DNA of 64,000 nt from an uncultured Fibrobacterota bacterium (lineage in GTDB: Bacteria; Fibrobacterota; Chitinivibrionia; Chitinivibrionales; FEN-1185), in contig CAVSQB010000012.1 of assembly GCA_963729895.1 (NCBI GenBank), positions 1-64,000 on the forward strand, given 5' to 3'. Shown here piece by piece: positions 18,094-28,313 of the stretch. The notes beneath the pieces are model-generated. The model was not told where the DNA came from and searched no databases. It saw only the letters and a program-made list of their open reading frames with translations. The position numbers and the translations under genes are program-made. How positions within the stretch are numbered: position 1 is the stretch's first letter; every line of letters starts with the position of its first letter.

Positions 18094-18576
18094 ATGGAAA
18101 TAGGGACAAAGCGGATCGTGGCGTTTTGTGCCGCACTCTGTGTTGTGGCGTTGTGCGGGTGCCAGAACACGTATGTGTTTGAGAAGAAAGTTGCCATCGC
18201 CGCGATGCCGGACAGGGTTTTTTCGGTTGTGTCCGATTTCGAATCCTACCCCAGATTGTTTCCCGAATTTCACAAGCAGGTCAATATCATTTCCAAGGTC
18301 AAGGAGGGCAAAGGGGTCCTTTTCGAGAACGTGACGGAGTTCAAAGGATTCATTTCGCGGAGCACCTGGGAAGTGGTTGAATACGAAAAGAACAAGCTTA
18401 TCAGAATTGAAAATCCGTCGTTGGGGACGATCATCATTCTGGTCAATCAGGTCGATTACAGTACCACCGAGGAAACAATGATCGTTGTCACCCGCATTTC
18501 CGACACCTACAAGAACGATATTTTCAATCTTTACAGCAAGGAAATGTTGGCGGTAAAGGAAAAGTGCGAACGGTAG
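18094..18576 (+). CDS. SRPBCC/START-fold lipoprotein
   Basis: Lipobox VALCGC, then IAAMPDRVFSVVSDFESYPRLFP, typical of an SRPBCC N-terminus. Alternative starts at 18076 and 18088. Confidence 0.75.
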   Translation: MEIGTKRIVAFCAALCVVALCGCQNTYVFEKKVAIAAMPDRVFSVVSDFESYPRLFPEFHKQVNIISKVKEGKGVLFENVTEFKGFISRSTWEVVEYEKNKLIRIENPSLGTIIILVNQVDYSTTEETMIVVTRISDTYKNDIFNLYSKEMLAVKEKCER

Positions 18577-18750
18577 CTTTGCTCCACTTCGATCAGCCCC
18601 GTCTTACTCTTCAACAGCTGAAAGCCCAATCCGGTTCAACGTTTTGACCTTATTTCCCGACCCGCCGGGCCGCGGGTGTCATGCGGCCGAATTCGATCCG
18701 GCTTCGAAGTCTCCGAAATGATGACGAGGAACTGAATCGCGCTCTGCAAA

Positions 18751-18784
18751 GCCCCTCTCCTGTGGAAGATGGGTTGGGGTGAGG
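18751..18784 (-). repeat. REP-like unit
   Basis: GCCCCTCTCC..GGGTTGGGGTGAGG just downstream of ppnP. Confidence 0.55.
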
Positions 18785-18790
18785 TTGCTT

Positions 18791-19105
18791 CTACTTTACA
18801 TACGAGCAGCAATAATCGGCAATGCCGGATACTTTCAGTTTGAACCTGGAATTCGCCGGCACTTCAAACGTGTCGCCGCCGTGCGCGGGTTTCCATCCGG
18901 CGCTTCCCGGAAGCTGCACCTGCAGGTCGCCCGACAGGATCTCCATCACCTCCTTGTCGGCCGTGGCGAATTCGTAATCGCCCGGCATCATGATGCCAAG
19001 GGTCTTTCTTTCTCCTCCGGCAAGCAGAACGGTTCTGCTGGTCACCCTGCCGTCAAAGTAAACGTTTGCCTTCTTCACGACGGTTACGTTTTCAAATTTG
19101 TCCAT
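18791..19105 (-). CDS. ppnP: Pyrimidine/purine nucleoside phosphorylase (DUF1255)
   Basis: [49 protein letters not shown]. Confidence 0.92.
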   Translation of the reverse strand: MDKFENVTVVKKANVYFDGRVTSRTVLLAGGERKTLGIMMPGDYEFATADKEVMEILSGDLQVQLPGSAGWKPAHGGDTFEVPANSRFKLKVSGIADYCCSYVK

Positions 19106-19310
19106 TTTGTCCTCCGGGGTTAGACGTGAGAGATGCAAAGTCAAGAATAGAATGTTTGGGACTAAATAAGATACGCTGCGGGTGCGGCCGTGTGCCACGT
19201 TTTTCCCACGATGCACGCGGTTTCGGTTGTCAATAGCTCCTGAGTAAACCGAGGTGGTGCGAAAGTCCCGTACTTCGCGCCAATGTGCCTCATACGTTGT
19301 TTCCCGGGAT

Positions 19311-19340
19311 TTGACAGGATATGCCCGGAGGCGGTATATT
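19311..19340 (+). promoter_or_regulatory. Sigma70-like promoter
   Basis: TTGACA-18 bp-TATATT upstream of the barrel/deacetylase genes. Confidence 0.5.
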
Positions 19341-19395
19341 CTCACGGGCAACAACCCGGCGCGGGATCGCCGCCGGCTCGAATTGTTTCACGTTT

Positions 19396-20463
19396 GTGAA
19401 GAAGCGAGTGCGGAGGTTTGCGGTGAGGCTTTTCGTATTTCTTATCACGCTTGCAATCGGCGCGCGCGCTGCAGTCCTTGGCCTGCCTGATACGTTACAT
19501 GCGCAGGTATGGGGAGGCCTGCTGGTGTCGGACCAGGAGCCGGCCGGCCTCAGGAGCTCCGAATCCGGCATCATTGACGCCTGGGCGACTCACTCGTTTA
19601 CCGACGCTGTTTTCTGTCGCCTGTACCTGAGAGGCACGCCGTCTTTTCCAACGCCGTTTGTCGAGGAGGCGTCGCTCGGATACTGCGCGGGCGACTTTAC
19701 CGCACGAGCGGGCTTCCTGAGTACCCACATCGGACGCGCCGAACTGTACAAGCCGTTTTCGGTGTTCAATCAGTTCACGCGAACGTCAGCGGTCTGGGAT
19801 TCCTATGGTTTCGGATTTGGCGCCGATGCCGGTCTCGGAAGCATGGCCCTCGCCGGAGCGGCCACCATCAACACCAACGAAAACGGAGCCGCGGACGTCC
19901 TGTGGACTGCCGTGCATAATGCGGTTGTTTGCAATCGCGTTCTAGTGGGAATTCAGACCGCAAATCTGCAGAATCAGGACAACAGCCTTACCGTCGGCGA
20001 CGATTTTACTCTGGATTTCCCGACCGTAAAGGCGCACGTGAGCGCCGGGTACACCGCTTACCAGGGATACGGCAACCCGACCATCTTGCCCGGCGACCAG
20101 TTTGAATTCTTTGGCGAGGGAAAATATGCACCTCTGGCGCGGCTTTCGCTGAGCGCAATGGCTTATTACGAGAACTACAGGAAAGGGTATTTGTTTGTGA
20201 GCGCCCCTTCCGCGACGCTCGAGTATTCGCTGCAGACCCTGCAATGCGGCCTTGACGCACAATATATGACGATCCGATGGCTCGGTGTTTACGCCGGCCT
20301 GGAGTATCAGGAGAGTATGAGCACCGGATCCCAGGTTCCCGAGGCCGGAATTGCGATAGTGCCTTGTGCCGGCCGCACGCTTGTCCGCCTGGGATGGGAA
20401 TCGACGATAACGGGGTCCGCGCACCTCAACCGGGTTGCGGCGATTGTCTGGTTTGTATATTGA
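19396..20463 (+). CDS. Putative outer-membrane beta-barrel (porin-like) protein
   Basis: Signal peptide, alternating amphipathic strands, C-terminal aromatic (IVWFVY). Start uncertain. Confidence 0.65.
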   Translation: MKKRVRRFAVRLFVFLITLAIGARAAVLGLPDTLHAQVWGGLLVSDQEPAGLRSSESGIIDAWATHSFTDAVFCRLYLRGTPSFPTPFVEEASLGYCAGDFTARAGFLSTHIGRAELYKPFSVFNQFTRTSAVWDSYGFGFGADAGLGSMALAGAATINTNENGAADVLWTAVHNAVVCNRVLVGIQTANLQNQDNSLTVGDDFTLDFPTVKAHVSAGYTAYQGYGNPTILPGDQFEFFGEGKYAPLARLSLSAMAYYENYRKGYLFVSAPSATLEYSLQTLQCGLDAQYMTIRWLGVYAGLEYQESMSTGSQVPEAGIAIVPCAGRTLVRLGWESTITGSAHLNRVAAIVWFVY

Positions 20464-20474
20464 CAAGGTTTCTT

Positions 20475-21233
20475 ATGGTCAAACCAAGCGTGCTCGCGGT
20501 CTTGGCGGTTCTGGCACTTACCTGCACCACCAATCCTTTTCTACCCCTAGAAACCTCGCAGAATGCACCCATTGTTGTGATAACGTTCGACGACGCCGAC
20601 TCGTCAATCTACACCAAGGGTTTCAGGATGATGCGGGCTACGGACACAACGTGGACCGCCACTCATTTCTTCCCCAAAAGCTATCTTGACCAGCCGACAT
20701 ACATTACGCTTGCGGAGGAAAAGGAGATGGAGCGCTACGGCTGGGAAACCGGCGGACACGGGGGGATCGGGCACGACAATTTGTCGTCTCTGCCGCCCGA
20801 CACCATGACCGCCTTGGTGAAGGCCTGCTACGATTTTCTTGTAGACAGCGGCTTGTGTCATGAAAGCTATGCGTATGCGTCGGGAATGTACAACGACACG
20901 GTGCAGGCGGTCGTGGCTAAATACTTTGTCAACATCCGTACCTCGCACGACTACTACTACCTGAACGGCGTGAACAGGCAGGATCTCGGATATTTTGCGG
21001 TGAAGGGCGGCTTTACAAGCGACGATATTATCGTTCGCGTCGAAGAGGCGCGTAGCATGGGCGCGCCCCTGGTGATCATCGGATTTCATAGCATCCTGGC
21101 CGACACTGCGCCGGCGATCCCCACGTACTATGTTCGCGAATCGGCGTTTAAGGGATTCCTGGCGTATCTTGAAGAACAGCATCTTCAGGTGATGAATGTG
21201 CGTGATGCCATGGCGATATTGTGCGGAAACTAA
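20475..21233 (+). CDS. Polysaccharide deacetylase-family lipoprotein
   Basis: Lipobox LALTC, ITFDD, WETGGH...H, IIGFH. Confidence 0.82.
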   Translation: MVKPSVLAVLAVLALTCTTNPFLPLETSQNAPIVVITFDDADSSIYTKGFRMMRATDTTWTATHFFPKSYLDQPTYITLAEEKEMERYGWETGGHGGIGHDNLSSLPPDTMTALVKACYDFLVDSGLCHESYAYASGMYNDTVQAVVAKYFVNIRTSHDYYYLNGVNRQDLGYFAVKGGFTSDDIIVRVEEARSMGAPLVIIGFHSILADTAPAIPTYYVRESAFKGFLAYLEEQHLQVMNVRDAMAILCGN

Positions 21234-21394
21234 TGTCCCGGGTTCACCGTCTCTACATTCCTTCGGCGGTGCCAAACGGTCTGTGCCCTCATTAAGTTTG
21301 CCTTTCATCCGCTTTCACACCCTCAAAACCGGAATGCTGTCGCAAGCAAACAAGTATTTTGCTGGCATAACGGCAGTCCCCCTGAGAGGTCTCA

Positions 21395-22672
21395 ATGATT
21401 CCGGGCGTAGCAAAAGAAATTGCAATGACGTTTATGGACATGGCGCCGTACATGCTGCTCGGGCTCACGTTCGCCGGCATTCTTCACGTCTTTATCGACA
21501 AGGATTTCATTGCCCGGCATCTGGGAGGCAACACGGTGTCGTCGGTGGTGAAGGCCGCGCTGTTCGGTGTGCCGCTTCCCCTGTGCTCCTGCGGAGTCTT
21601 GCCCGTTGCTTTGTCGCTTCGCAAGGGCAGGGCTTCCGATGGCGCAACCGTGTCCTTTCTTATTTCAACGCCGCAAACCGGAGTTGACAGCATTGTAGCC
21701 ACCTGGGGTTTGCTTGGGCCGGTGTTTGCCTTGTTCAGGCCGGTCGCAGCGCTCGTCATGGGAATTGCGGGCGGGCTCGCCACCATTCCCTTCTCCAGGG
21801 CCCCGCATCCCGCGCACCCGTCAGAGTCGCGGCATTTTTCGTGTACCCTGTGTTTTGAACGGTCGCCGCATTCCCATTCGCTGCGGTACAAGTCGAAACG
21901 CGTGTTCACCTATGCCTTTGCCGATTTTCTCGACGATATTTCGGTGCATTTGACAATAGGCATCATTATTTCCGGCGTCATCGCTTATTTCGTGCCCAAC
22001 GGTTTTTTCGAGAAGGCCATCGGCAACGAGCTAATGTCAATGCTTCTGATGGTGGTGGTGGGCGTGCCCATGTACATATGCGCAACCGCGTCAATTCCCA
22101 TCGCGGTTGCGCTCATGCTCAAGGGACTGTCGCCGGGAGCGGCGTTCGTATTTCTGGCGGTGGGGTCCGCCACCAACATCTCGTTTATGTTGGTGATTGC
22201 CGACGCGATGGGGAAGAAGATACTTGCCGTTTACCTTTCGGTTCTTACGGTATTGTCTGTTGTCATGGGATTTGTGCTCAATACTTTGTTCGGGCTCGTG
22301 GGAACGGAATCGTTTAAGGGAAGAATCATTCAGGATTTCTCTGGGCGCACAACAGGGTGGGCCATTTCGTTGTCGAGCGTGTTTCTGGCGTTCATGTTTC
22401 TGTCTCTCGGCCGCCAGCTGTTTGCAAAGGTCCGCGAGATAACGGCCGAAAAACGTAAAGGCGCGCGTGCGGGGCCCGTTACGCGCATTGTTTCCATTAA
22501 GGGAATGTCGTGCCACAATTGCGCCAGGAGCGTTCTGGAATCTCTCAACAAAGTACGAGGCGTTCTCGATGTGTCGGTGAGCGTCAAGGACTCCGCCGCG
22601 ACCATCACCGGAGATGCCGACATCGGGGAGATAACCGCGGCCATTGAAGACGCGGGATTCACGGTGAAGTAA
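21395..22672 (+). CDS. DUF318/SO_0444-family metal efflux permease with C-terminal HMA domain
   Basis: PLPLCSCGVLP, ISTPQTGVDS, PMYICATASIP, His-rich loop, GMSCHNC. Confidence 0.9.
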   Translation: MIPGVAKEIAMTFMDMAPYMLLGLTFAGILHVFIDKDFIARHLGGNTVSSVVKAALFGVPLPLCSCGVLPVALSLRKGRASDGATVSFLISTPQTGVDSIVATWGLLGPVFALFRPVAALVMGIAGGLATIPFSRAPHPAHPSESRHFSCTLCFERSPHSHSLRYKSKRVFTYAFADFLDDISVHLTIGIIISGVIAYFVPNGFFEKAIGNELMSMLLMVVVGVPMYICATASIPIAVALMLKGLSPGAAFVFLAVGSATNISFMLVIADAMGKKILAVYLSVLTVLSVVMGFVLNTLFGLVGTESFKGRIIQDFSGRTTGWAISLSSVFLAFMFLSLGRQLFAKVREITAEKRKGARAGPVTRIVSIKGMSCHNCARSVLESLNKVRGVLDVSVSVKDSAATITGDADIGEITAAIEDAGFTVK

Positions 22673-25380
22673 TGGAAGTGCATACGATGCCCGATAGACC
22701 CAAGAAGCTATTTCTCGTCGACGGCCACGCGATCGCCTACCGTGCATATTACGCACTTATCAAGAACCCGCTCACCAGCTCGAAGGGCCAGCCGACCGGC
22801 GCAGTGCTTGGATTTGCCAACTATCTGCTGCGGCTCATGAACGACTATGCGTGTCCCTACCTGGCGGTGGTGTTCGACAGCCCGGTTCCCACGTTTCGCC
22901 ACAAGCTGTACAAAGAGTACAAGGCCAACCGCGAGGAAATGCCCGACGGCATGAAATCGCAGATTCCGCTCATCAGAAAACTGGTTGACGCATTCAATAT
23001 CCCCGCGCTCATCAGGCCCGGCCTGGAGGCCGACGACATCATCGCGCATATAACCGGGCGCGCGGTGCGGGAGGGATTCGAGGTATTTCTTGTCACGCGC
23101 GATAAGGACCTGATGCAGCTTGTTGGGCCCGGGGTCCGGATGCTTTCGTTTAACTCGGGCGGCGGCATCGAAACGCTCGGTCCAACGGAAGTGAAAGAAA
23201 AGCTCGGCGTTCCTCCCGAGCAGGTGCGAGACCTTCTTGCGCTTATGGGCGATTCGTCGGACAATATTCCGGGCGTGCCGGGCGTTGGTCCAAAGACCGC
23301 GCTGAAGATCCTGGAAAAGGCCGGCACCATAGACAATCTGCTTAAAAACCCCGGGTGCATCGGCAGCGAAAAACTGCAGACGAAAATCATCGAGAACAAA
23401 GAAACGCTCCTCCTGTCGCGCAAACTTGCCACACTGCATTGGGACATCGACTACGACGTGACCATTGAAGGGCTGGCGGCAAGGCCCGTAAACAAAAACG
23501 AATCCATAGAGCTGTTCAAAGAACTCGATTTCGCGTCGCTTCTCAAAAACCCGTTGTTTGCCCGGGAGAACCGTTTGGAATACCGGACCGTGGTTCCCGG
23601 AAGCATTGAGGAACTTGAATCGTTTGTTGTAAAAATCAATACAAAGGGCCTTGTGGTCATCGATACCGAGACCACTAGCCTTGTGCCCCGCCAGGCGAAT
23701 CTTGTGGGAATTTCGCTTGCCGTTGAAAAGGACGAAGCCGTGTACGTTCCAGTGGGACACAAAGCCGACGGCGGCAGGGGGAACCTGCCGCTCAACAAGG
23801 TCCTTGCCGCCCTGACACCGGTCCTGACGTCAAGCTCCATTGCCAAGATCGGCCAGAACCTTAAGTATGATTACCAGGTGTTGCGGAACCACGGCATTTT
23901 GATGCAGGGGTTGTCGTTTGATGCCATGGTGGCCGCCTACGTTGTCGATCCGGGCAAACGTAATTACGGCCTCGACGCCATGGCCGCCGAACTGCTCGGC
24001 GCTTCCACCATTCCCATCGAATCGCTCATCGGTAAAGGCAAGGAACAGGTGTGCTTCGACGAGGTTCCCATCGCGGATGCAGCTATTTACTCGTGCGAAG
24101 ACGTCATACTTCCCTTGCACCTCAAGGATGTTCTTGACCCCGTGCTCGAGGAGCGGAAACAAACCCCTTTGTTCCGCGATATCGAAATGCCGCTCGTGAG
24201 CGTGCTTGCAAACATGGAGTGGGAAGGCGTGACAATCGACCACACCCTGCTTGCCGGCCTTTCAAAAGAGTATTCGCGCCGGCTGGCCGACATTTCGAGG
24301 GAAATTTTCCAACTGGCAGGCGAGGAATTCAACCTGAATTCGCCCAAGCAGATTGCCGAGGTTCTGTTCGGGAAGCTTGCCCTGCCCAGGTCCAAGAAGA
24401 CGAAGACCGGCCTTTCAACCGACGTTGATGCTCTGGAAAAACTCGCGGAAAGCCACCCTGTGGTTCCAAAACTGCTGGCATACCGCGAAATGCAGAAGCT
24501 TCTTTCAACCTACATCAACACGCTCGGCTCCCAGGTGATTCCCGAGAGCGGCAGGCTGCATACCACGTTCAACCAGACCATCGCGGCCACAGGCAGATTG
24601 TCGAGCGCGAATCCCAATCTGCAGAATATCCCGGTGCGCACCGACGCGGGACGCATCATCCGTGAGGCGTTTGTGGCGCCCGAGGGCCGGCGCATCGTTT
24701 CGGCCGACTACTCGCAGATAGAGCTGCGCATACTGGCGCATGTGTCAAAAGATGCTTTCCTCGTGGGCTCATTTATGGATGGCAAGGATATTCACACGCA
24801 AACCGCGTCGGCCATCTACGGAGTGGCCCCGGAATTCGTAACGGCCGAGATGCGGCGCGCGGCAAAGACCATTAACTTCGGGCTCATGTACGGCATGGGG
24901 CCGGTCAACCTGTCGCGCCAGCTCGGCATTTCCTTCAAGGACGCCGCCGCGTTTATCGATACCTACTTCAAGCAGTTTCCAACCATTCAATCGTACATGA
25001 CGGCAAGCATCGAGCTCGCCCGGGCGAATGGATATTCCGAGACCCTGCTCGGCAGGCGGCGCTACTTGCCGGAAATCAACGCCGACAACCGGCAGGTACG
25101 GGAGGCTGCGGAGAGAACCGCAATCAATACACCCATTCAGGGTACGGCCGCCGACATCATAAAGATCGCCATGGTTCGCATCGCGCAAGAAACCGCTGCA
25201 TCGCGGTTCCGTTTCACCATGCTCCTTCAGGTGCACGACGAACTGCTATTCGAAGTGGACACGGAACAGGCGGACGAATTCAAGACGTGGGTGTGCGACA
25301 CCATGAGCGGCGCGTACAAGCTCGATGTGCCTATTCTGGTGGAGGCCGGGTCGGGAAAAAACTGGAGTGAGGCGCACTAG
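22672..25380 (+). CDS. polA: DNA polymerase I
   Basis: LVDGH, GDSSDNIPGVPGVGPKTA, intact 3'-5' exonuclease motifs (DTETT, NLKYD, YSCED), SADYSQIELR, QVHDEL. Confidence 0.98.
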   Translation: MEVHTMPDRPKKLFLVDGHAIAYRAYYALIKNPLTSSKGQPTGAVLGFANYLLRLMNDYACPYLAVVFDSPVPTFRHKLYKEYKANREEMPDGMKSQIPLIRKLVDAFNIPALIRPGLEADDIIAHITGRAVREGFEVFLVTRDKDLMQLVGPGVRMLSFNSGGGIETLGPTEVKEKLGVPPEQVRDLLALMGDSSDNIPGVPGVGPKTALKILEKAGTIDNLLKNPGCIGSEKLQTKIIENKETLLLSRKLATLHWDIDYDVTIEGLAARPVNKNESIELFKELDFASLLKNPLFARENRLEYRTVVPGSIEELESFVVKINTKGLVVIDTETTSLVPRQANLVGISLAVEKDEAVYVPVGHKADGGRGNLPLNKVLAALTPVLTSSSIAKIGQNLKYDYQVLRNHGILMQGLSFDAMVAAYVVDPGKRNYGLDAMAAELLGASTIPIESLIGKGKEQVCFDEVPIADAAIYSCEDVILPLHLKDVLDPVLEERKQTPLFRDIEMPLVSVLANMEWEGVTIDHTLLAGLSKEYSRRLADISREIFQLAGEEFNLNSPKQIAEVLFGKLALPRSKKTKTGLSTDVDALEKLAESHPVVPKLLAYREMQKLLSTYINTLGSQVIPESGRLHTTFNQTIAATGRLSSANPNLQNIPVRTDAGRIIREAFVAPEGRRIVSADYSQIELRILAHVSKDAFLVGSFMDGKDIHTQTASAIYGVAPEFVTAEMRRAAKTINFGLMYGMGPVNLSRQLGISFKDAAAFIDTYFKQFPTIQSYMTASIELARANGYSETLLGRRRYLPEINADNRQVREAAERTAINTPIQGTAADIIKIAMVRIAQETAASRFRFTMLLQVHDELLFEVDTEQADEFKTWVCDTMSGAYKLDVPILVEAGSGKNWSEAH

Positions 25381-25384
25381 CCCG

Positions 25385-26332
25385 TTAGAACGTCAGCACG
25401 ACCTTCAGCACGCCCGGCCCTTGTGAGAACTCAAAGCCCTCAAGTGCCCTGTCAAAGAGGAACTCCCGGGCTATCATAGGCGAAAAATTCGGCCTGAATT
25501 TCTCCATAAACGCCAGCGCTCCGGAAAACCGGCCGCACCGCGAGCCGACCACCGTGATTTCATTGACCACAATCGGACTGGGATTGAACGAAAGGCCGTG
25601 CGCGTAGGTGCTCTTGAGCACAAGCGTGCCGCGCGGCTTCACGCATTCGAGCGCAAGCGGAAATGCCTCGGGATTGCCCGATGCTTCAATAACAACGTCG
25701 AATTGTTTCTTCGTAAAGTCGGCCAGAAGCCCGGTTGTGATCCGGGGCCCGTCAATTTTGTCGAGGTTTTCGGCATGCTTGCCTATCACCAGAGAGTCGC
25801 ACCCGACGGCACTCAGAACCATTGCAATAAGCAAGCCGAGTTTCCCGTCGCCGAGCAGAAGCACCTTTCGGTTCTCAAGAGGAATCTGGTCGCAAATTTC
25901 CAGGGCAGCAGCAAGCGGCTCCACAAAGATCGCCGTCAAGTCGGGAACGGCATGCGGGACCGCAACAACGTTTTCCTTCGGCACCGCAATGAATTCGGCG
26001 AACGAGCCGCTGCGCCCCTGAATTCCGATAACGGTGCGGTCGGGGCAGTGGCGGCCCATGCCGAGCCTGCAGAAGTCGCAGGCGCCGCAGCCGCAGTTGA
26101 TTTCCGCGCTCACGCGGCAGCCTACAATCGAGCGGTCATCCGCGTCCATCGCGATGCCGAGGAATTCGTGGCCCAGAATGCCGTGAAAACCCGGCATGTA
26201 TCCCCTGGTGATTTCGTGGTCGGTGCTGCAGATGCCGGCCTTTGTCACGCGGATCAAAACCTCGCCCGGCCTCCGCTCCGGCGGGGCGAGGTCTGCGAGG
26301 CGAAGACCGGAGTCGAACACAAGGGCCTTCAT
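25385..26332 (-). CDS. Zinc-dependent medium-chain dehydrogenase
   Basis: GICSTD, GHEF, CGACDFC...HC, GDGKLG, GSRCG. Confidence 0.9.
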   Translation of the reverse strand: MKALVFDSGLRLADLAPPERRPGEVLIRVTKAGICSTDHEITRGYMPGFHGILGHEFLGIAMDADDRSIVGCRVSAEINCGCGACDFCRLGMGRHCPDRTVIGIQGRSGSFAEFIAVPKENVVAVPHAVPDLTAIFVEPLAAALEICDQIPLENRKVLLLGDGKLGLLIAMVLSAVGCDSLVIGKHAENLDKIDGPRITTGLLADFTKKQFDVVIEASGNPEAFPLALECVKPRGTLVLKSTYAHGLSFNPSPIVVNEITVVGSRCGRFSGALAFMEKFRPNFSPMIAREFLFDRALEGFEFSQGPGVLKVVLTF

Positions 26333-26847
26333 GCCAACAGCTCCAGCAGTTCCTTTTCGAGATCAACGTACCGTTTGCGGGCCATTGTAACAGACGCGAC
26401 TTTGGTGCGTTCAAGCGCCCGGCGCGCGAGGATCTCGGCGAACCTTTCCCGCAGCGGGACAACGGCGTTTTTGCACCGGGCGTCGGCATAGGCCACGATC
26501 TTGTTTTCCAGGGTTGAGGGAAGCAGCGATTCGTCGGTTTTGCCGCGCAAGACCGAAATTTCGTACATGCTGCCGTGCATGACGATTCCGGCAATGTCCT
26601 CAAGGCCCTCTTGTTTGAGGATGGCAACCGAATTGATTTCGTGATCGCCGTCCCTGCCGCGGCCGATGTCGTGCAGCAGCCCGGCGATGCGCACCTTTTG
26701 GGGGTTGACGTCAAGAGAAGGGTTCCGCGTGTGGATCCGCCCGGCAAGGTCGAAAGCGAACGAGGCCACTACTCGGCAATGCCGGATGCGGGATTCGGGA
26801 AGATTGTATTTGCGGAGGAGGGCGAGAGCTTGATCTTGTGTGATCAT
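26329..26847 (-). CDS. HD-domain (HDIG) phosphohydrolase
   Basis: RHC...GLLHDIGR...H...YAD. Confidence 0.85.
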   Translation of the reverse strand: MITQDQALALLRKYNLPESRIRHCRVVASFAFDLAGRIHTRNPSLDVNPQKVRIAGLLHDIGRGRDGDHEINSVAILKQEGLEDIAGIVMHGSMYEISVLRGKTDESLLPSTLENKIVAYADARCKNAVVPLRERFAEILARRALERTKVASVTMARKRYVDLEKELLELLA

Positions 26848-26934
26848 TGGTGAAGTCGAGGTATAGCGACCTTGAAAAGTACGTTCTTTTTCACAATTCC
26901 TGCTCGCCGTCTATCCGTTGCAAGCCGCGGCCCG

Positions 26935-28296
26935 TCACTTAAAGAACTCCCTGTACAGCGCGTTCACTGCTTTCTTCTCGTCGGAGGCGTCGATGCCGAA
27001 GATCATGCTGATCTCCGAGCTTCCCTGGTTGCACATCTTTATGTTGACGCCTGCGTTCGAAAGCGCCGCGGCCGATTGCGACAAAACGCCGATTTTGTGC
27101 AGCAATCCCTCCCCGACAACCGCGACGAGGGCGATGCCGAATTCGGTCTTGACATCGTCGGGCTTGAGGGTCTCGTCGATGAGGCGGACGATATTGTTTA
27201 CGTCTTCCGGTTTGAGCTGGCTTTGATCCAGAATAATTGAAATGTTGTCCACACCGGACGGGCAGTGTTCGTAGGAAAGGTTCAACTCTTCAAGAATGGA
27301 CAGGAGCCGCCGCACAAACCCCTTTTCACGGTTCATGAGAAACTTCTGCAATGTGAAGCTGCAGTACCCGCCGCCGCTGGCAATGCCGGTGACGTCGCGC
27401 TGGCTGGGAAGCCGTTCCGAGACGATAAGGGTGCCGGGATTGTCAAGATTGAACGTGTTGCGCAGCCGGATGGGGATCTTCTTGCGCATCACGGGCCGGA
27501 CCGCTTCCTCGTGCAGCACGTTGAATCCGATGTAGGAGAGTTCGCGCATTTCCTTGTAGGTCAATGCCGGGATCTGCAGGGGTTTTTCCACCGTGTTGGG
27601 ATTGGCGGAGAAAATGCCGTCCACGTCGGTCCAGTTCTCGTATTCCACTGCGTCAATTGCTTCCGCGAGAATAGAGCCGGTAAGGTCGGAACCGCCGCGG
27701 GAAAACGTTGCGACGTCGCCCTCGGGCGTCACGCCGAAAAAACCCGGAAATATCACGATCTGTTCGGAGCAGATTTTCTTGAGCGCGGCGAGTTTCAGTT
27801 CAATCTCCTCCAGGGGCTGGGCGTCGCCGAAGGTGGCCGTTACGATCATGCCCGCGTCTTTTGGCGACACATAGGCCGCCTTCTTCCCGGTGTGCTTCAG
27901 GTACTCGGCGAACAGTCTGGCGTTTACGTCTTCACCGGCAGCCACAACGAGGTCGCGGAATTTTCCCGGGTGGTCTTTGGGGGCGGAAATGCGGGCGTCC
28001 AGGTCTTCGATGATGCCTTCGACGATTTCTTTCTTCACGCCAAGCGATTCGTATATGCCCCGGAACCGGGCCTTTACATCTCCGATTTCAGGCTTCGCGT
28101 CGCGGTTTGCAAGCGCTTTTTGAGCCGCTTTGATGAGGAGATCGGTGACCTTCACCGATATTCCTTTTGCCCTGCCCGGCGCCGAAACCACGACGCAGCG
28201 TCTGGTGCTCTTGAGGTCGAGGATCTTTGCTATCTGCTGAAGGGATTCCTTGGTGGCGACGGAAGTGCCGCCGAATTTGCACACAATGAATTCCAT
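26935..28296 (-). CDS. lysC: Aspartate kinase
   Basis: KFGGTS, VVVSAPG, SRGGSDLTG, WTDVDG, C-terminal ACT domains. Confidence 0.92.
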   Translation of the reverse strand: MEFIVCKFGGTSVATKESLQQIAKILDLKSTRRCVVVSAPGRAKGISVKVTDLLIKAAQKALANRDAKPEIGDVKARFRGIYESLGVKKEIVEGIIEDLDARISAPKDHPGKFRDLVVAAGEDVNARLFAEYLKHTGKKAAYVSPKDAGMIVTATFGDAQPLEEIELKLAALKKICSEQIVIFPGFFGVTPEGDVATFSRGGSDLTGSILAEAIDAVEYENWTDVDGIFSANPNTVEKPLQIPALTYKEMRELSYIGFNVLHEEAVRPVMRKKIPIRLRNTFNLDNPGTLIVSERLPSQRDVTGIASGGGYCSFTLQKFLMNREKGFVRRLLSILEELNLSYEHCPSGVDNISIILDQSQLKPEDVNNIVRLIDETLKPDDVKTEFGIALVAVVGEGLLHKIGVLSQSAAALSNAGVNIKMCNQGSSEISMIFGIDASDEKKAVNALYREFFK

Positions 28297-28313
28297 GAGG
28301 CGTGCTCCGTAAG

